DNA of 64,000 bases, from assembly GCF_964188315.1 (NCBI RefSeq), contig NC_135668.1:28830001-28894000 (forward strand), in the 5' to 3' direction. The DNA comes from Podarcis muralis (lineage: Eukaryota). The position numbers were made by a program, and so were the translations under genes. Positions 24,900 through 36,148 of this stretch are shown piece after piece; position 1 is the stretch's first letter, and each line of letters starts with the position of its first letter. The notes beneath the pieces were generated by a model. The model was not told the origin of the DNA. It did no database searches and saw only the letters and a program-made list of their open reading frames with translations.

Positions 24900-25420
24900 T
24901 CACATCAGAGAGAGGCTCTGATCTGCCACGGCCAAGGCTGGGTAGATGGGGCCAGCGAAGGCTTCGTGGTGCATGTGCAGAATGGCGCAGGAATCCGGGT
25001 CAAAAAACAGCACCTCTCCAGCATCCAAGTCCACCAAGACTCCAATCTCAACTGGGCACTTGAGCATCTCCACTGCCTGGTGTCGACCGTTGTGGGAAAA
25101 CTGGAACTCGGTGCCATAGCGGGAGAAAACCCAGGAGGAAGCGTTGCAACCCAGGCGGGCTTCGGGCCCAGCCCCCTTGCGCTCCAGGGAGCCATAGGAG
25201 ATGCCCAGCTTGTAAGCACCGCTTTTGGCCACCCGGACTCTCCAGGCATGGACCCCCGAACAGAACGATTCTTCGGCCAAGGCGTTGGGCCAGTGGTCAA
25301 ACCGTGCCGGGCCACCGGGGTCGGGCCTGCTGTTTTTCTTGGGGCTGAAGGTCAGCGTTCTCTTGTCCTCCGAGAGCTGCAAGAGGGGGCTGACTGTTTT
25401 CTCATCCACGTGGACTTCAT
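24900..25420 (-). CDS. BSPRY: BSPRY last coding exon (PRY/SPRY, B30.2 domain); 5' boundary ambiguous
   Basis: DEVHVDEKTVSPLLQLSEDKRTLTF...RFDHWPNALA...SWVFSRYGTEFQFSHNG...PALAVADQSLSLM*. Frame requires the second of two AGs 5 nt apart. Confidence 0.9.
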
Positions 25421-25571
25421 CTGTTCTGGGTGGAGAAACAAACCGGTCACCACACACTCGGCAGAAAGGTGTTGAGAACATAGCCGACTGAAAGGCAGCA
25501 AAAGCAAACCTGGAAGGCAGGTGGAGGTGGCCTGGATAATGACCCCCACTCCACAAGGAAAAGACACTGAC

Positions 25572-25696
25572 CTGAGGCCCGACAGAGAACAGCTAAGGCC
25601 CATAGCCGGCTCACTAATGGACTCTGGAGGCACCATGGGTTAAAGTCCAGCTTTTCTGACTCCTGGGGCTTCAGGATTCCTTCAGCTTCCTCTGTC
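25572..25696 (-). CDS. BSPRY: BSPRY coding exon 5
   Basis: tttag|TEEAEGILKPQESEKLDFNPWCLQSPLVSRLWALAVLCRAS G|gtcagt; 125 bp. Confidence 0.93.
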
Positions 25697-25814
25697 CTAA
25701 ACCAACAAAACAGAAGCAACTGGGGTCAGTTTTAACGTACCACTTTTCAATTCATTCCCAGTAAAATACACTGTTACGCACGATATATATCAGTATCCTT
25801 AGCTCTTTAGGGTA

Positions 25815-26040
25815 CAGTGGTACCTTGGGTTACATACACTTCAGGTTACAGACTCCGCTAACCCAGAAATGGTACCTCGGGTTAAGAACTTTGCTTCAGG
25901 GTGAGAACAGAAATCGTGCTCCGGCGGCGCGGCGGCAGCAGGAGGCCCCATTAGCTAAAGTGGTGCTTCAGGTTAAGAACAGTTTCAGGCTAAGAACAGA
26001 CCTTTGGAATGAATTAAGTATTTAACCCGAGGTACCACTG
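25815..26040. mobile_element. Tc1/mariner-type MITE family A
   Basis: cagtggtaccttggg...cccgaggtaccactg; reverse orientation relative to 2048-2273. Confidence 0.85.
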
Positions 26041-26869
26041 CATTTATTTTTATTTTATTTATTAAATTTGTAGACTGCCTTCTACCCATAGATCTCAGGG
26101 TGGTTCACATCATATACCGTAATTACAATATAAAAAACACAAAACATGATAAAAATAAGAACAGAAAGGAGGCAAACAATAGCTTTCCCACCAGGCCTGT
26201 GGACAAAGGAGTAGAACAGAAAGAAACACAAACTTGCACACACACACACACTGGAAGGAGGCAATGAGGAATGTGCTTCTAATAGCACAAAATACATTTA
26301 CAGCATTTTAGAAAAACACATCAGAAGCAGAAAGCCCACTAGGGAGGCAGTTGACCCACTGGGTAGGAAGGGAATTAAAAGGCTGGCAGAGGAGGATATT
26401 GAGATAGCAGAAAGGCAGAGAGATATAAGAGAGGACATCCTAGACAAATTAAAAACAAATTATTCAATCTAGACAGATTCCATCTGAAGAGTTCTTCAAC
26501 AACTCAGTGTGTGAAACTGCTGTTGAGCCTAACAATATAAAACATTTCTTTTAAAGATATCCAAAAAAGTGCAGGCCAGTTGATACCAGTTAGGTATCAT
26601 CATCAGCGGAAGCATTAGGAAGCATAGGGAAGAACAGGTCTTGCTGAAGGTAAATCAGCATGGCTTCTGCACAAGTAAGTCGTGTCTGACTCCCCTTTAG
26701 AGTTATTTCAGAGTGTCGGTGGGAATCTAGACAGCGGTATCAAAACCACCAGAGGGGCCTGAGCAAACAGCTGTCCTGAAACAGGAGGACAGATCTTACA
26801 TCTCGGCAGTTAGTTAAAGAACAAGAAGCAGAAAGTAGGAATAAAAGGCCAGTTACAGGAAACCAGGCA

Positions 26870-27035
26870 AAGGGCCTTCTCGGTAGTGGTGTCTGCCCAG
26901 CAGAATGTCTTCCCATCAGATGTCAATAAGATAAATAACTATATGAATTTTAGAAGGCATCTGAAGGTAGTCCTGTACAGGGAAGTTTTTAATGGTTGAC
27001 GTTTTATTGTGATGTTAATATTTTGTTGAGACTGG
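26870..27035 (+). mobile_element. L2 3' tail fragment
   Basis: agggccttctcggtagtgg...ccatcagatgtc...tttagaaggcatctgaagg, matching the 13107-13575 family. Confidence 0.7.
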
Positions 27036-27150
27036 ATGAAGCCCTTTGGTCAGGCTCCTCAGGCCTGTTGCCATGTTCCTATGCTCCTGTTTATTGCTTT
27101 TTTTGAGGTGGGGGGAGGTAGAAGTAGGAATCAAAGATGTCTTCACTCAC

Positions 27151-27176
27151 CTCTCAAAGATTTCCTCCTCTGCCTG
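27151..27176 (-). CDS. BSPRY: BSPRY coding exon 4 (26-bp exon)
   Basis: (ct)n..gtctag|CAG GCA GAG GAG GAA ATC TTT GAG AG|gtgagt = QAEEEIFER, comparable to the recalled mammalian QKEQEIFER. Confidence 0.9.
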
Positions 27177-27464
27177 CTAGACACAAAGAGAGAGAGAGAG
27201 AAAGTTACCAAAAAGACCTCTATGAAAACAGAAAATTACCACTGCTAAATAGATGGAAGTCCATTGGAAGCCATGGATGGGAACCCCAGGGAAAGAGTGG
27301 AAAGGGACCCTGGCTCAGCTCTAGGGTCCCTTCAGTGAAAAGGGGGGGGCTCAAGTTGAGGGTGGGCAGGGGAAAGAGCCTCCTTGGCCTGAGAGACCCT
27401 AGAGAAGGGCTACCAGACAGAGCCCACCTGACTGGGTTCAACAGACACAAAGCCTGGCCTGGTA

Positions 27465-27705
27465 CAGTCAAACCTCGGTTGTTGAACTTAATCCATTCTG
27501 GAAGCCTGTTTGGCTTCCGAAATGTTCAGCAACCGAGGCGCAGCTTCTGATTGGTTGCAGGAGCTTCCTGCACTCAAGTGGAAGCCACATTGCACGTTCG
27601 GCTCCCAAAAAACGTTCAAAAAGTGAAGCGTTTACTTCTGAGTTTTCGGCATTCGGGAGTCGAAACATTCCAAAACGGAGGCCTTTGGGAGCCGAGGTTT
27701 GACTG
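27465..27705. mobile_element. Tc1/mariner-type MITE family B
   Basis: Perfect 14-bp TIR cagtcaaacctcgg/ccgaggtttgactg with TA on both sides. Confidence 0.85.
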
Positions 27706-29097
27706 TACAAAGTAGCTTCCGATAAACTGAAGCATGGCACAAAATAAATTTATTTTGTGATTATATTGTTAGTTGTGATTATGTTAAAAATGATGTAAAA
27801 CTCAATAAAAATGTTTTTTTTTTAAAAAAACTGAAGCATGGCAGCTTTTTAATTTTTTAAGAAAAGCCCAGCATGACATTTTTGCTTTATTTTTAGCTCT
27901 TGCAATTTGACCACAATCTCAAGACGAGTTTCAATATAAGCAGGCAGGAAGCCAGAGACTGATTATGATTGCCCTTTCCTTAACCACAGATGACTTCACT
28001 TCTTCCACCCACCCCGCCCACTTTTCCCATAGCCAGACTCGGGGGCTGCCCTGCCAACCTCAGCCTGTCCGCCAGCCCCTGCCTGCCTGTCTTCTTTCTC
28101 CCATCCAGTCTAGCAGTGGGTGGCAGGGGCCCTGCCTGCCAGCTCCCTTCTCTGCCTTTGTGCTGATTCTTCGGACCTCAGCAGGGAACAGAAGGATGGA
28201 GGGGAGGGGGCAAAACTAGAGCGAGCTGGCTCCTCCTCCTTCTGGCTCTGGCTCCACCTACTGTTAACTCTGGCTCCGCCCACTGTGTGGCTCCCTGCTT
28301 TCTGCCCTTCCATTTCTGTCAGGCATCAGCCACCACTGGCCTTAGCTATGGTTGGCCATCATGCCGTGCTAACCATGGATAAGGTGAAGCAGGGCTTGCT
28401 CTTAACCAAGGTCTAGAACCAGATTTTAAAAGCACTTCACAGCCAACCTTGGTTCATGTGGATATGGTAGGTGGGTTAAGTGTAGCCAACTGAAGCTGCC
28501 ATGGGGGAAATCACATACAACCGACCCAGGGTATGTGTGTGTGTCACCCTTCAGTTTCATCCTACTCCCATAGCCTGAAATCACTGTCAGAAACTATTTT
28601 GGTCTTTCCCCCCCCTCGATCTTCATGCTTTTGTAAACTGCTTTGAGGCTGTTTTTGCAATCATTTTATTTATGAAATAAACCAAATAAACAAAAAAGCG
28701 GGAAGGGACTTTTTGATGGGCATCCAAGGTTTAACCCTATCGCTGTTGAAATCTTCTCTGGGGAAATATTTATTTTTGGAGGTATGCATTTGTTAAGCTC
28801 TTTCACCTTTTATAATTCAACGCAATCTTTAAAATAAATAAACAGGCTTTAAAATTGATTTCTGCTTTGATACTGCATTTTTAAGGGCATGCTTGTGCAA
28901 TTGTCATTTTGTTGGAGCTTCCCAAAATTCATGAGTTGCTTGTACCTCTCGACTACGAGCCAAAGAATGGAGGATAAACATTTATATCTCTGTCCGTTTC
29001 ACAGCTTGCCATAAGTGAGAGATAAACCCATAAACCGATCACATGCAAACTGCGAGGTGACGGTGAGCCTCACTTGGGACTGATCACCAATGCTTAC

Positions 29098-29328
29098 CAC
29101 CAGGCCACCATCATCTGTGCTGGTGATCATGGTCACCATGTAAGTCCGGAGGGCGTCCAGTTTCCGTAGTGATTCGTTCCAGTGGACCTGCTGGGTGAGG
29201 ATGTTCTGGTGGGCACGCTCCTCCTCTGAGTGGGCCACATCCAGCAGCCGCTGCTCCTCGCTCTCACACACGCTCCTCACAAGGTTCAGGCGCTGGATCA
29301 GGACCTCCCGGGCACTGCTGGCCACAGT
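29098..29328 (-). CDS. BSPRY: BSPRY coding exon 3 (coiled coil)
   Basis: TVASSAREVLIQRLNLVRSVCESEEQRLLDVAHSEEERAHQNILTQQVHW...DDGGLV|gtaagc; 231 bp. Confidence 0.95.
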
Positions 29329-29469
29329 CTGAGAAAGAAGGACAAGGTGAAATGGGAAGCTGCACGACACAAGGTTGGGACACCAGCCCACCCAAGCCCT
29401 GTGTGGGGAGCAGCACTACAATTCCCATCATCATCAATCATAGAATTGTAGCGTTGTAAGGGACCAAGC

Positions 29470-29821
29470 AAGGGACGCGGGTGGCGCTGTGGGTTAAACC
29501 ACAGAGCCTAGGACTTGCCGATCAGAAGGTTGGTGGTTCAAATCCCCGTGATGGGGTGAGCTACCGTTGCTCGGTCCCTGCTCCTGCCAACCTAGCAGTT
29601 CAAAAGCACATCAAAGTGCAAGTAGATAAATAGGTACTGCTCTGGCGGGAAGGTAAACGGCATTTCTGTGCGCTGCTCTGGTTCGCCAGAAGCAGCTTAG
29701 TCATGCTGGCCACATGACCTGGAAGCTGTAGGCCGGCTCCCTCGGCCAATAAAGCGAGATGAGCGCCGCAACCCCAGAGTCGGCCACGACTAGACCTAAT
29801 GGTCAGGGGTCCCTTTACCTT
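29470..29821 (+). mobile_element. Sauria SINE, full length, inserted into a tRNA-Lys/CR1-tail SINE
   Basis: 13-bp TSD taagggaccaagc at 29457-29469 and 29822-29834. Confidence 0.9.
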
Positions 29822-30382
29822 TAAGGGACCAAGCGGGTCATCTAGTCCAACCCATGCAATGTAGTAATCTTTGGCCCAATGTGGGACTCGGACCCACAAC
29901 CCTGAGATTAAGTGCCTCATGCTCTACTGACTGAGCTGTAGCAGGTCTTCTCTTTGGACTGGGTCTTTCCCAACCACCTGCTTTCTGACACCCCACTTTT
30001 AAACTGGAGATGCCGTTGGGGATGGGACCTGGGAAATGTCTGCATGTTATGCCAGACAGACTTTCCCATGGACCAAAATGGGGTGGAGAGCATCAGGGCA
30101 GAGCTCCCCGAAAACGAAACTTCCCACAAGGGAGTCATAGGCCACAAAGGCTGTGGTTATGCAGAGACAATGGGCTGCAGGAACTGCTTTCCTTTTTGTA
30201 AGCCTGCCGGTGGTTCAGTGACGCATTTCAAACATACAGAAGAAGATGAGCCCTGCCTTTGTTCACTGCTAAGGGCCGGCTCACTCATGAGGCAAGGTGG
30301 AGCGGCCACCTCAGGCGGCAAGATCCACAGGGGCAGCAGATTTAAAAAAATTAATATCAAATATCTTTGTACCAAAAAGCTA

Positions 30383-30787
30383 CTGTATTTTTCGCTCTAT
30401 AAGACGCACTTTTCCCCTCCTAAAAAGTAAGGGGGAGTGTGTGTGCATCTTATGGGGCGAATGCAGGCGGGAGGCTCTGCTCTGCGCTCCCTTTAAAGAG
30501 CCGCATGGAGCGTGTGTGCGGCTCTTGGGGGCTTTTCCCCGAGGAGGGAGAAGGGCTGTCCTTCCTCGGGGAAAAGCCCCCAAGAGCCTCACACACACTC
30601 CGCGTGCTCTTTAAAGGGAGCGCGGCTCTTGGGGGCTCCCCTTGACCGGAAGAGGCTGCGTGCGGCTATCCCATAAGCCAGGACAGCCAGCGGGATTGCT
30701 GGCTTCTGGGATTCGGAATCCCCCCCCCCTTGTGTGTTTCTAGGTGCGTTTTATGGTCTGGTGCATCTTATAGAGCGAAAAATACGG
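30383..30787. mobile_element. Tc1/mariner (Tigger-like) MITE with internal long inverted repeat
   Basis: TA-ctgtatttttcgctctataaga...tcttatagagcgaaaaatacgg-TA. Confidence 0.85.
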
Positions 30788-30789
30788 TA

Positions 30790-31150
30790 ATCTAAATAAA
30801 AACACAGAGAAACAGACAGGAAGACAGAGAAAGGAGAAAGGGAAAAGGGAGGGAAAGGCCTGGGGAAAAGAAAAAAAGAGAACTTCCGAATCTTCATCTG
30901 TCATCTATATATGAAAAATATTCAACATATCCACTCCAAGATTACACCCAACAAATCCACTTTCTACAAACCAACGTTACATAGTCAATCTTCAAAACCA
31001 AATATCATGAGCTCTTTTTCATGCAAAAAGTCTGTAAGACGTTTTGAGTCTTTAGTAAATGTTGACAAGGACTTTTCTCTGATTAAAAATTGTAGACTTC
31101 GCCATCTCAGCTAAATCCAGTAATTTTAGCAACCACTTCTCCATGGTTCA
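30790..31150 (-). mobile_element. L1 3' end remnant
   Basis: Minus strand translates TMEKWLLKLLDLAEMAKSTI (L1 ORF2 C-terminus-like), followed by a T-rich 3'UTR. Confidence 0.55.
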
Positions 31151-31757
31151 TGACGTAGAATTTCACTCCCCCTTTCTTCTCTGGTGGGGGGGGCGTCATT
31201 TTGCAGTTCGCCTCAGGGGCCATAAAATGTCTTGGTCTAGCCCTGCTGTTAAGGATTCCTGCATCTGCTCTTGAGCTTAAGAGCCAAGCAAGGTCCACGA
31301 GGACAGCAAGGGGAATCCCACCAACCAGCTTTGGCTGGGTGACACCCCCCACCCCCAAAACGGGACAAGGAGCCCCCCACAGATTCCTGTTTGAGGGCGG
31401 AAAGCTGCCAACTTCGGACTTCACCTGCTTCATTGTCTCCAGGCTCCGGCAGAAATCAAACATAAATTCCTGCCCCACATATACCCCGAATCATCTGGTC
31501 CCCATGCCAGAGGCAGGTTTCATCCCCTAAGTCACAGTCACAGGGTAGGAGGGGGCTCCCCAAGAAGAGACCCCCCCCCCTCAACTCTCCAAGTCCCACC
31601 TGTTAACCAAGGTTAGGGACAGGTTGTATCTGCCTGAGACAGTTGCTACCTTTTTCCTAGCAGGGCTGCCAAGCCTTTTAACAGCTGCACCACATTAAAT
31701 AATAATTCCAATAATATCCAAGACTATGTCTCAAGGCAACTCATTGACATTTAAAAC

Positions 31758-31760
<3 letters not shown>

Positions 31761-31800
<40 letters not shown>
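31761..31800. repeat. (AC)n microsatellite
   Basis: About 20 AC units. Confidence 0.95.
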
Positions 31801-31802
<2 letters not shown>

Positions 31803-32600
31803 CGCCACACACGCAGAGGAAGAAAATGGGTTTTAAAACAAACTCAGTACGAACACCTGAGACAGAGAGACTGTTTCGTCCAGCAGGAAAAGCCAGTTGG
31901 AGCGAAAATATCTCCCATGGTTTCCGGAAAGCGCAGAGAGCTGGCGTATCTCAACAGGAATGCTGTTTCACAGAACGGGACAGCTACACCGAAAGCGCTA
32001 CTCTGAGTCACTGCACAGCAGGTAACTGGAGTTTTTTTTGGGGGGTGGGGGCAGACGAACTTGAAGGAGGAACTTTCTCACAGATCACCTGTATTTCAAC
32101 TATTCTGATCCTGACCTGTATAGAGCCTGTTAGCACCAAAGCCTTCAACGTGTCCTGATTGATAGCCAGTGCAGACCTCACAAACAAGGGTCATAAGCAG
32201 AATACCCAACACATGAAACAATCCAGCAGGTGCAGTTCACAGACGGAAATCCAACAGGCAGAGGGTCGAGCTAGACCTAGTGTATTTCTGCCTGTTCAGC
32301 GGTTGCGAAAGGCACAAGAGCCCCACCAGATTGCACCTGTGAAAAATGGCTCCTGGACCAGAGGGGGATATCACACAGCAGCCTCTGCCAACCTTGGGTC
32401 CTCCGATGTTCCTGGACTACAACCCACATCATCCCTGATGTAGCTCACTGCTGGCTGTGGGTGATGGAGGCTGTAGTCCAGGAATATCTGGGAACTCCAA
32501 GTTGGGGGAGGCTGTTATGGATGGGGCAGGAGACCCCAAAGTTATGTGAACTAGGGGGTTAATAATTCAGCCGCAAATTCTCCCCAGACCACATTATTAC

Positions 32601-32699
32601 CACAACACGCTTCTTCTTCTCTGGCAACACCTCTGTGGCAAATTTGGCAATTGTGGCACTCTGGAGCTGAAGCTTTTCACACTCGTCCACTATTTTGTT
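32601..32699 (-). CDS. BSPRY: BSPRY coding exon 2
   Basis: tttcag|NKIVDECEKLQLQSATIAKFATEVLPEKKKRVV|gtaata; 99 bp. Confidence 0.95.
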
Positions 32700-33129
32700 C
32701 TGAAACAAATAAAAAAAAATGAGTAAAGCAGGATGCTGAAATCTCCTCCCTCCCCATATATTGGTGCTTTCAGTGTGAATGGGAATAAACTATGCCTCTG
32801 AGCATGTGCAGAGTGCATCCCCCGCCCAGCTCACCCCAAAACAGGACTGGGGAGTTCCAGGAAGGAGTTTCTTAGCCAACTTTACACTGGAAACCAGGCT
32901 GGCACCAGCTCTAAAATACAAAACTCCACTGGGGCTCAAAGCTCTGAAATGGTGTCCCTGGGCCTCTTCCTGCATGCCCAAAATCCCCATTTGCTTACAT
33001 TTGGGAGGTGGTGATGCAATGCAAAGGGAGTGCACTTTGCATATGCTCAGATGCACTCTTAATAATTCTACAAATACCCGGCAGGGAAATTCTACTGGGG
33101 ATGTGTGTGGAGAGGGAGAGAGCTTTACC

Positions 33130-33900
33130 ACATTACCCCTAATAGAGCCGCCCCATCCCCAGCAGCGCCCTCCCCGTCGAGGCTCACCCTCCTCTCGGCT
33201 GCCTCCTCGGCCAACGGGCGCACCCGGTGGTCCCGGCAGCCGCCCTGGACGGGGCACTGGGCGCAGACGAGCCGCCTCTCGGTGCAACAGAACCAAGACA
33301 GGTCCAGGGCGTGCTCCGGGCAGACGCCTCCAGCTTGGGGGCGCCCCTCACCGGGGCTTGGGGTCTCCCCGAGGTGGCGGCGTTCCCCCGCTCCCGGCGC
33401 CTGAGCCATGGCGGAGAGGGAGGAAGGACGGAGGGCGCGCCGGGCCAGGCACCTGTTGCGGCTGCGGCTCAGGTGGGCGGGCCGCGCCGTCGGAGCCTCC
33501 CTGCCCTGGGGACGCCCCGCCCGCAGCAGCAGCAAGCAGCAGCGACAGGGAGCGCCCCTTCCGCCTCTATCCGCCCAGAGCCTCCACGGGCAGGGGCAGT
33601 CTACCGGCGCAATATCCGCTTGCTGCTAAGGAGCTAGCTGGCTGTTCGACGGGTGCGGAGAGGCGGCGGCGAGGGGGCAGGAAGGCACCAAGCGGCTTGG
33701 CTCGACCCGGCAAAGCAGTTCCAAGGAATAACGGCCACACTCCCGCCGGCTCGTGTGGCTCAGGTGCTGAACTGCCATGGGCTAGACTAGAACTCAGCTC
33801 CCGGAGTCGAGTTAGGACGGGAGGGGTTGGGGAAGCAGGCAGACTAACAAGAGGGGTCCGAGCATGTGCAAAGCGCCACCCGCTCTCTCCAGCGCTAGAA
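33130..33900. promoter_or_regulatory. CpG island containing the BSPRY start; possibly bidirectional with WDR31
   Basis: Very CpG-rich; BSPRY ATG at 33409 (-); WDR31 first coding exon is 2.7 kb away on + and preceded by an acceptor (36065). Confidence 0.65.
33188..33409 (-). CDS. BSPRY: B box and SPRY domain-containing protein, coding exon 1 (B-box)
   Basis: MAQAPGAGE...CPEHALDLSWFCCTERRLVCAQCPVQGGCRDHRVRPLAEEAAERR|gtgagc; 222 bp. Confidence 0.92.
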
Positions 33901-34814
33901 CAAACCCTCCACTGTACACGTGCATTTGGCTTTTGAGAAAATGGAACCTGCTCCAGTGGTTTGGGGGGGGGGGGGAAATCTCCAGGAACAATGGACCGAG
34001 GGTCTCTCTGAGCATGTGAAGAGTCTCCATCACTCTCCCCTGCAAGTGTATCACCTACCAATTCGTTTATCTTAAGGCAAGAACCGCTGCCTGTGTCTCA
34101 ATATTGTCCTGGGTTGAGGATCATCTCCCTGCTAATCCCAGTCAAAGCTCCTCACCAGGGAGGGAACCGCTCCGGAGACGGGGCTTTGCAACTGATTTTG
34201 TGCCACAGAAGCACTATTAATTAATGAATAGCCCTACTAGTAGTAGTACTACTACTAATACTATGGTTTTATTATTGTTCCTGAGCATTTCACAGTGCCC
34301 TGACATTCATAAATTAAGCAGGCTAAACTTTCTCTGGCATGTGCCTCTGAGCATGGACAGAGTATGTTCCCCGTGTTATTACTGAGTAACCACAGGAGGC
34401 CTCTTCGAATTGGGCAGGAGAGATTTAATGGCTTTCAGGCTTGAGGGGCTTCCTAGGGGAACTTAGCCCCACCAATCTGCCCAGCCACACTTCTCAATTT
34501 AGACACTGACCCCCGGAAGCTCCAGGAGCCCCCAGCCAGACCACCCAGCTGCGAAGGTGGGAAACTCACCAGTGGGGAGGGTCTCTGCACCCAGCAGGGT
34601 GGGGTGAGGGGCTGGACCAGAGCCAGGTGGGCTTAGCAGATCCGAAGGGGCCCCAGAAGCGACTTGAGTCCATGTCGCTTTTAAAAAAATAGGTCCGGTC
34701 GACCCAATTTGAGTCGCATGACTCAAATTGATTAATTTTGTGTGGTATCTCTTTTGACAGTCTTGAAGTTGTGGAGTCAATAGTCACAAGTGTTGTAATC
34801 CACACTGTGATCAA

Positions 34815-34955
34815 CTCCCGCGCGGAAACCAATGTCCCCACTGTGGAAGGACGTGTGGATCCAGAATTGGCCTCCACAGTCACTTAAGGACTCACTGTTA
34901 AAACCATGTTTATGGAAGACAATCTTACTCAGTGATTGCCAAAAAAGAAGTAGAA
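34815..34955 (+). mobile_element. RTE-clade LINE 3' end
   Basis: 34833-34901 encodes CPHCGRTCGSRIGLHSHLRTHC*, followed by a short UTR and A-rich tail. Confidence 0.75.
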
Positions 34956-35392
34956 GTTGGCTGTTCTGCTGAAGAATGCCTAAATTCTTTTTGCGCATTG
35001 TCTCCACAAAATGACCTTGCAAGAAAGCTCTCGGGATGTGAATATGTTGCTCGAAAAACCAGAAAAATATTAATCACAGAATTGTAGAATGGTTTCGTTG
35101 GAAGGGACCCTGAGGGTCATCTAGCCAAATCCGCTGCAATGCAGGAACTTTTTGCCCAACATGGGGCTCAAACCCAATGCCCTGAGATGAAAAGTCTCAT
35201 GCTTTACTGACAAAGCTATCATTCTGCAGACCGGACAGGAGTCAGTGCTTTCTTTGTCCCCTTAGCCAGGCATGGTGTGCCCCTGGAAGATCTGGAGTCT
35301 CCCCACTCTCTGCTGTATACCTGAAGGATCGTCTCCACCCCCATCGTTCAGCCCGGACACTGAGGTCCAGCTCTGGGGGCCTTCTGGTGGTT

Positions 35393-35660
35393 CCCTCACT
35401 GCAAGAAGTGAGGTTACAGGGAACCAGGCAGAGGGCCTTCTTGGTAGTGGTACCTGCCCTGTGGAACGCCCTTCTACCAGATGTCAAAGAGAAAAATAAC
35501 TACCAAACCTTTAGAAGACATCTGAAGGCAGCCTTGTTTAGGGAAGTTTTTAATGTTTGATGTTTTATCGCTTTATTATTATTGTTGTTATTGTTGTTGT
35601 TATTAGTGCTGGGGAAACCCAGCCAGATGTGTGGGGTATGTATGTATGTATAAATAAATA
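35393..35660 (+). mobile_element. L2 3' fragment
   Basis: Matches the 13107-13575 family. Further copies at 37190-37425, 38920-39200 and 53340-53460. Confidence 0.75.
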
Positions 35661-36101
35661 TGATGGTGAGAATGATAATGATGATGATGATGATGTGTCC
35701 CTTACCCGAGGGAACAGCACAGTCCTGAACCCATCAAGGGATAGGCATGAATGGTGGACCAGCCCTAAGCCAACTATAATGGATGTGATAGCTTTTCTAT
35801 ATATACTCCTTATTTTTAATTTTACATCGGCCTGCGTTTCCTGCTGATTTATAGCATTTCCCCCCCCTAACAGCAACAATGGAAGATAAGAGCAATGCTG
35901 TCACAGGTTTGGCATCTGCACTGGCATACTTCTGGAGCTAAGAGGCGGGAGGAGGCTGGGAAGGTGGCCAGCAGATGAGAGGGGCTTGATCAGAAGCTGC
36001 TGAGATGTGTGTAAACATAAGGCACTAAGTTCTTTCCTTTAATTCCTTCCCTGTCCTTCTGCCAGGCTAAGCGCTTTCGTCCGGCGAGTGCCTTTGAGAT
36101 C

Positions 36102-36148
36102 ATGGGGAAACTGCAGAGCAAAATTAGCCGAAACTCCTCCAAACGCAG
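36102..36148 (+). CDS. WDR31: WD repeat-containing protein 31, coding exon 1 (exon begins at 36066)
   Basis: MGKLQSKISRNSSKR R|gtaagg; 47 bp; phase 2 matches the next exon. Confidence 0.85.

Noticed and set aside
29870-29940. tRNA-Lys(CTT)-like sequence (also at 35160-35220 and 4765-4782)
   Set aside because: Mutated anticodon and T arms and attached CR1-like tails show these are SINE heads, not tRNA genes.
33600-33800. Exact WDR31 non-coding exon 1
   Set aside because: Only weak candidate donors were found, so coordinates are not supportable.
32779-33936. 385-aa plus-strand ORF and overlapping ORFs across the BSPRY CpG island
   Set aside because: Low-complexity G/R/P/A content is expected from stop-poor GC-rich DNA. 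It is antisense to BSPRY exon 1 and has no domain.
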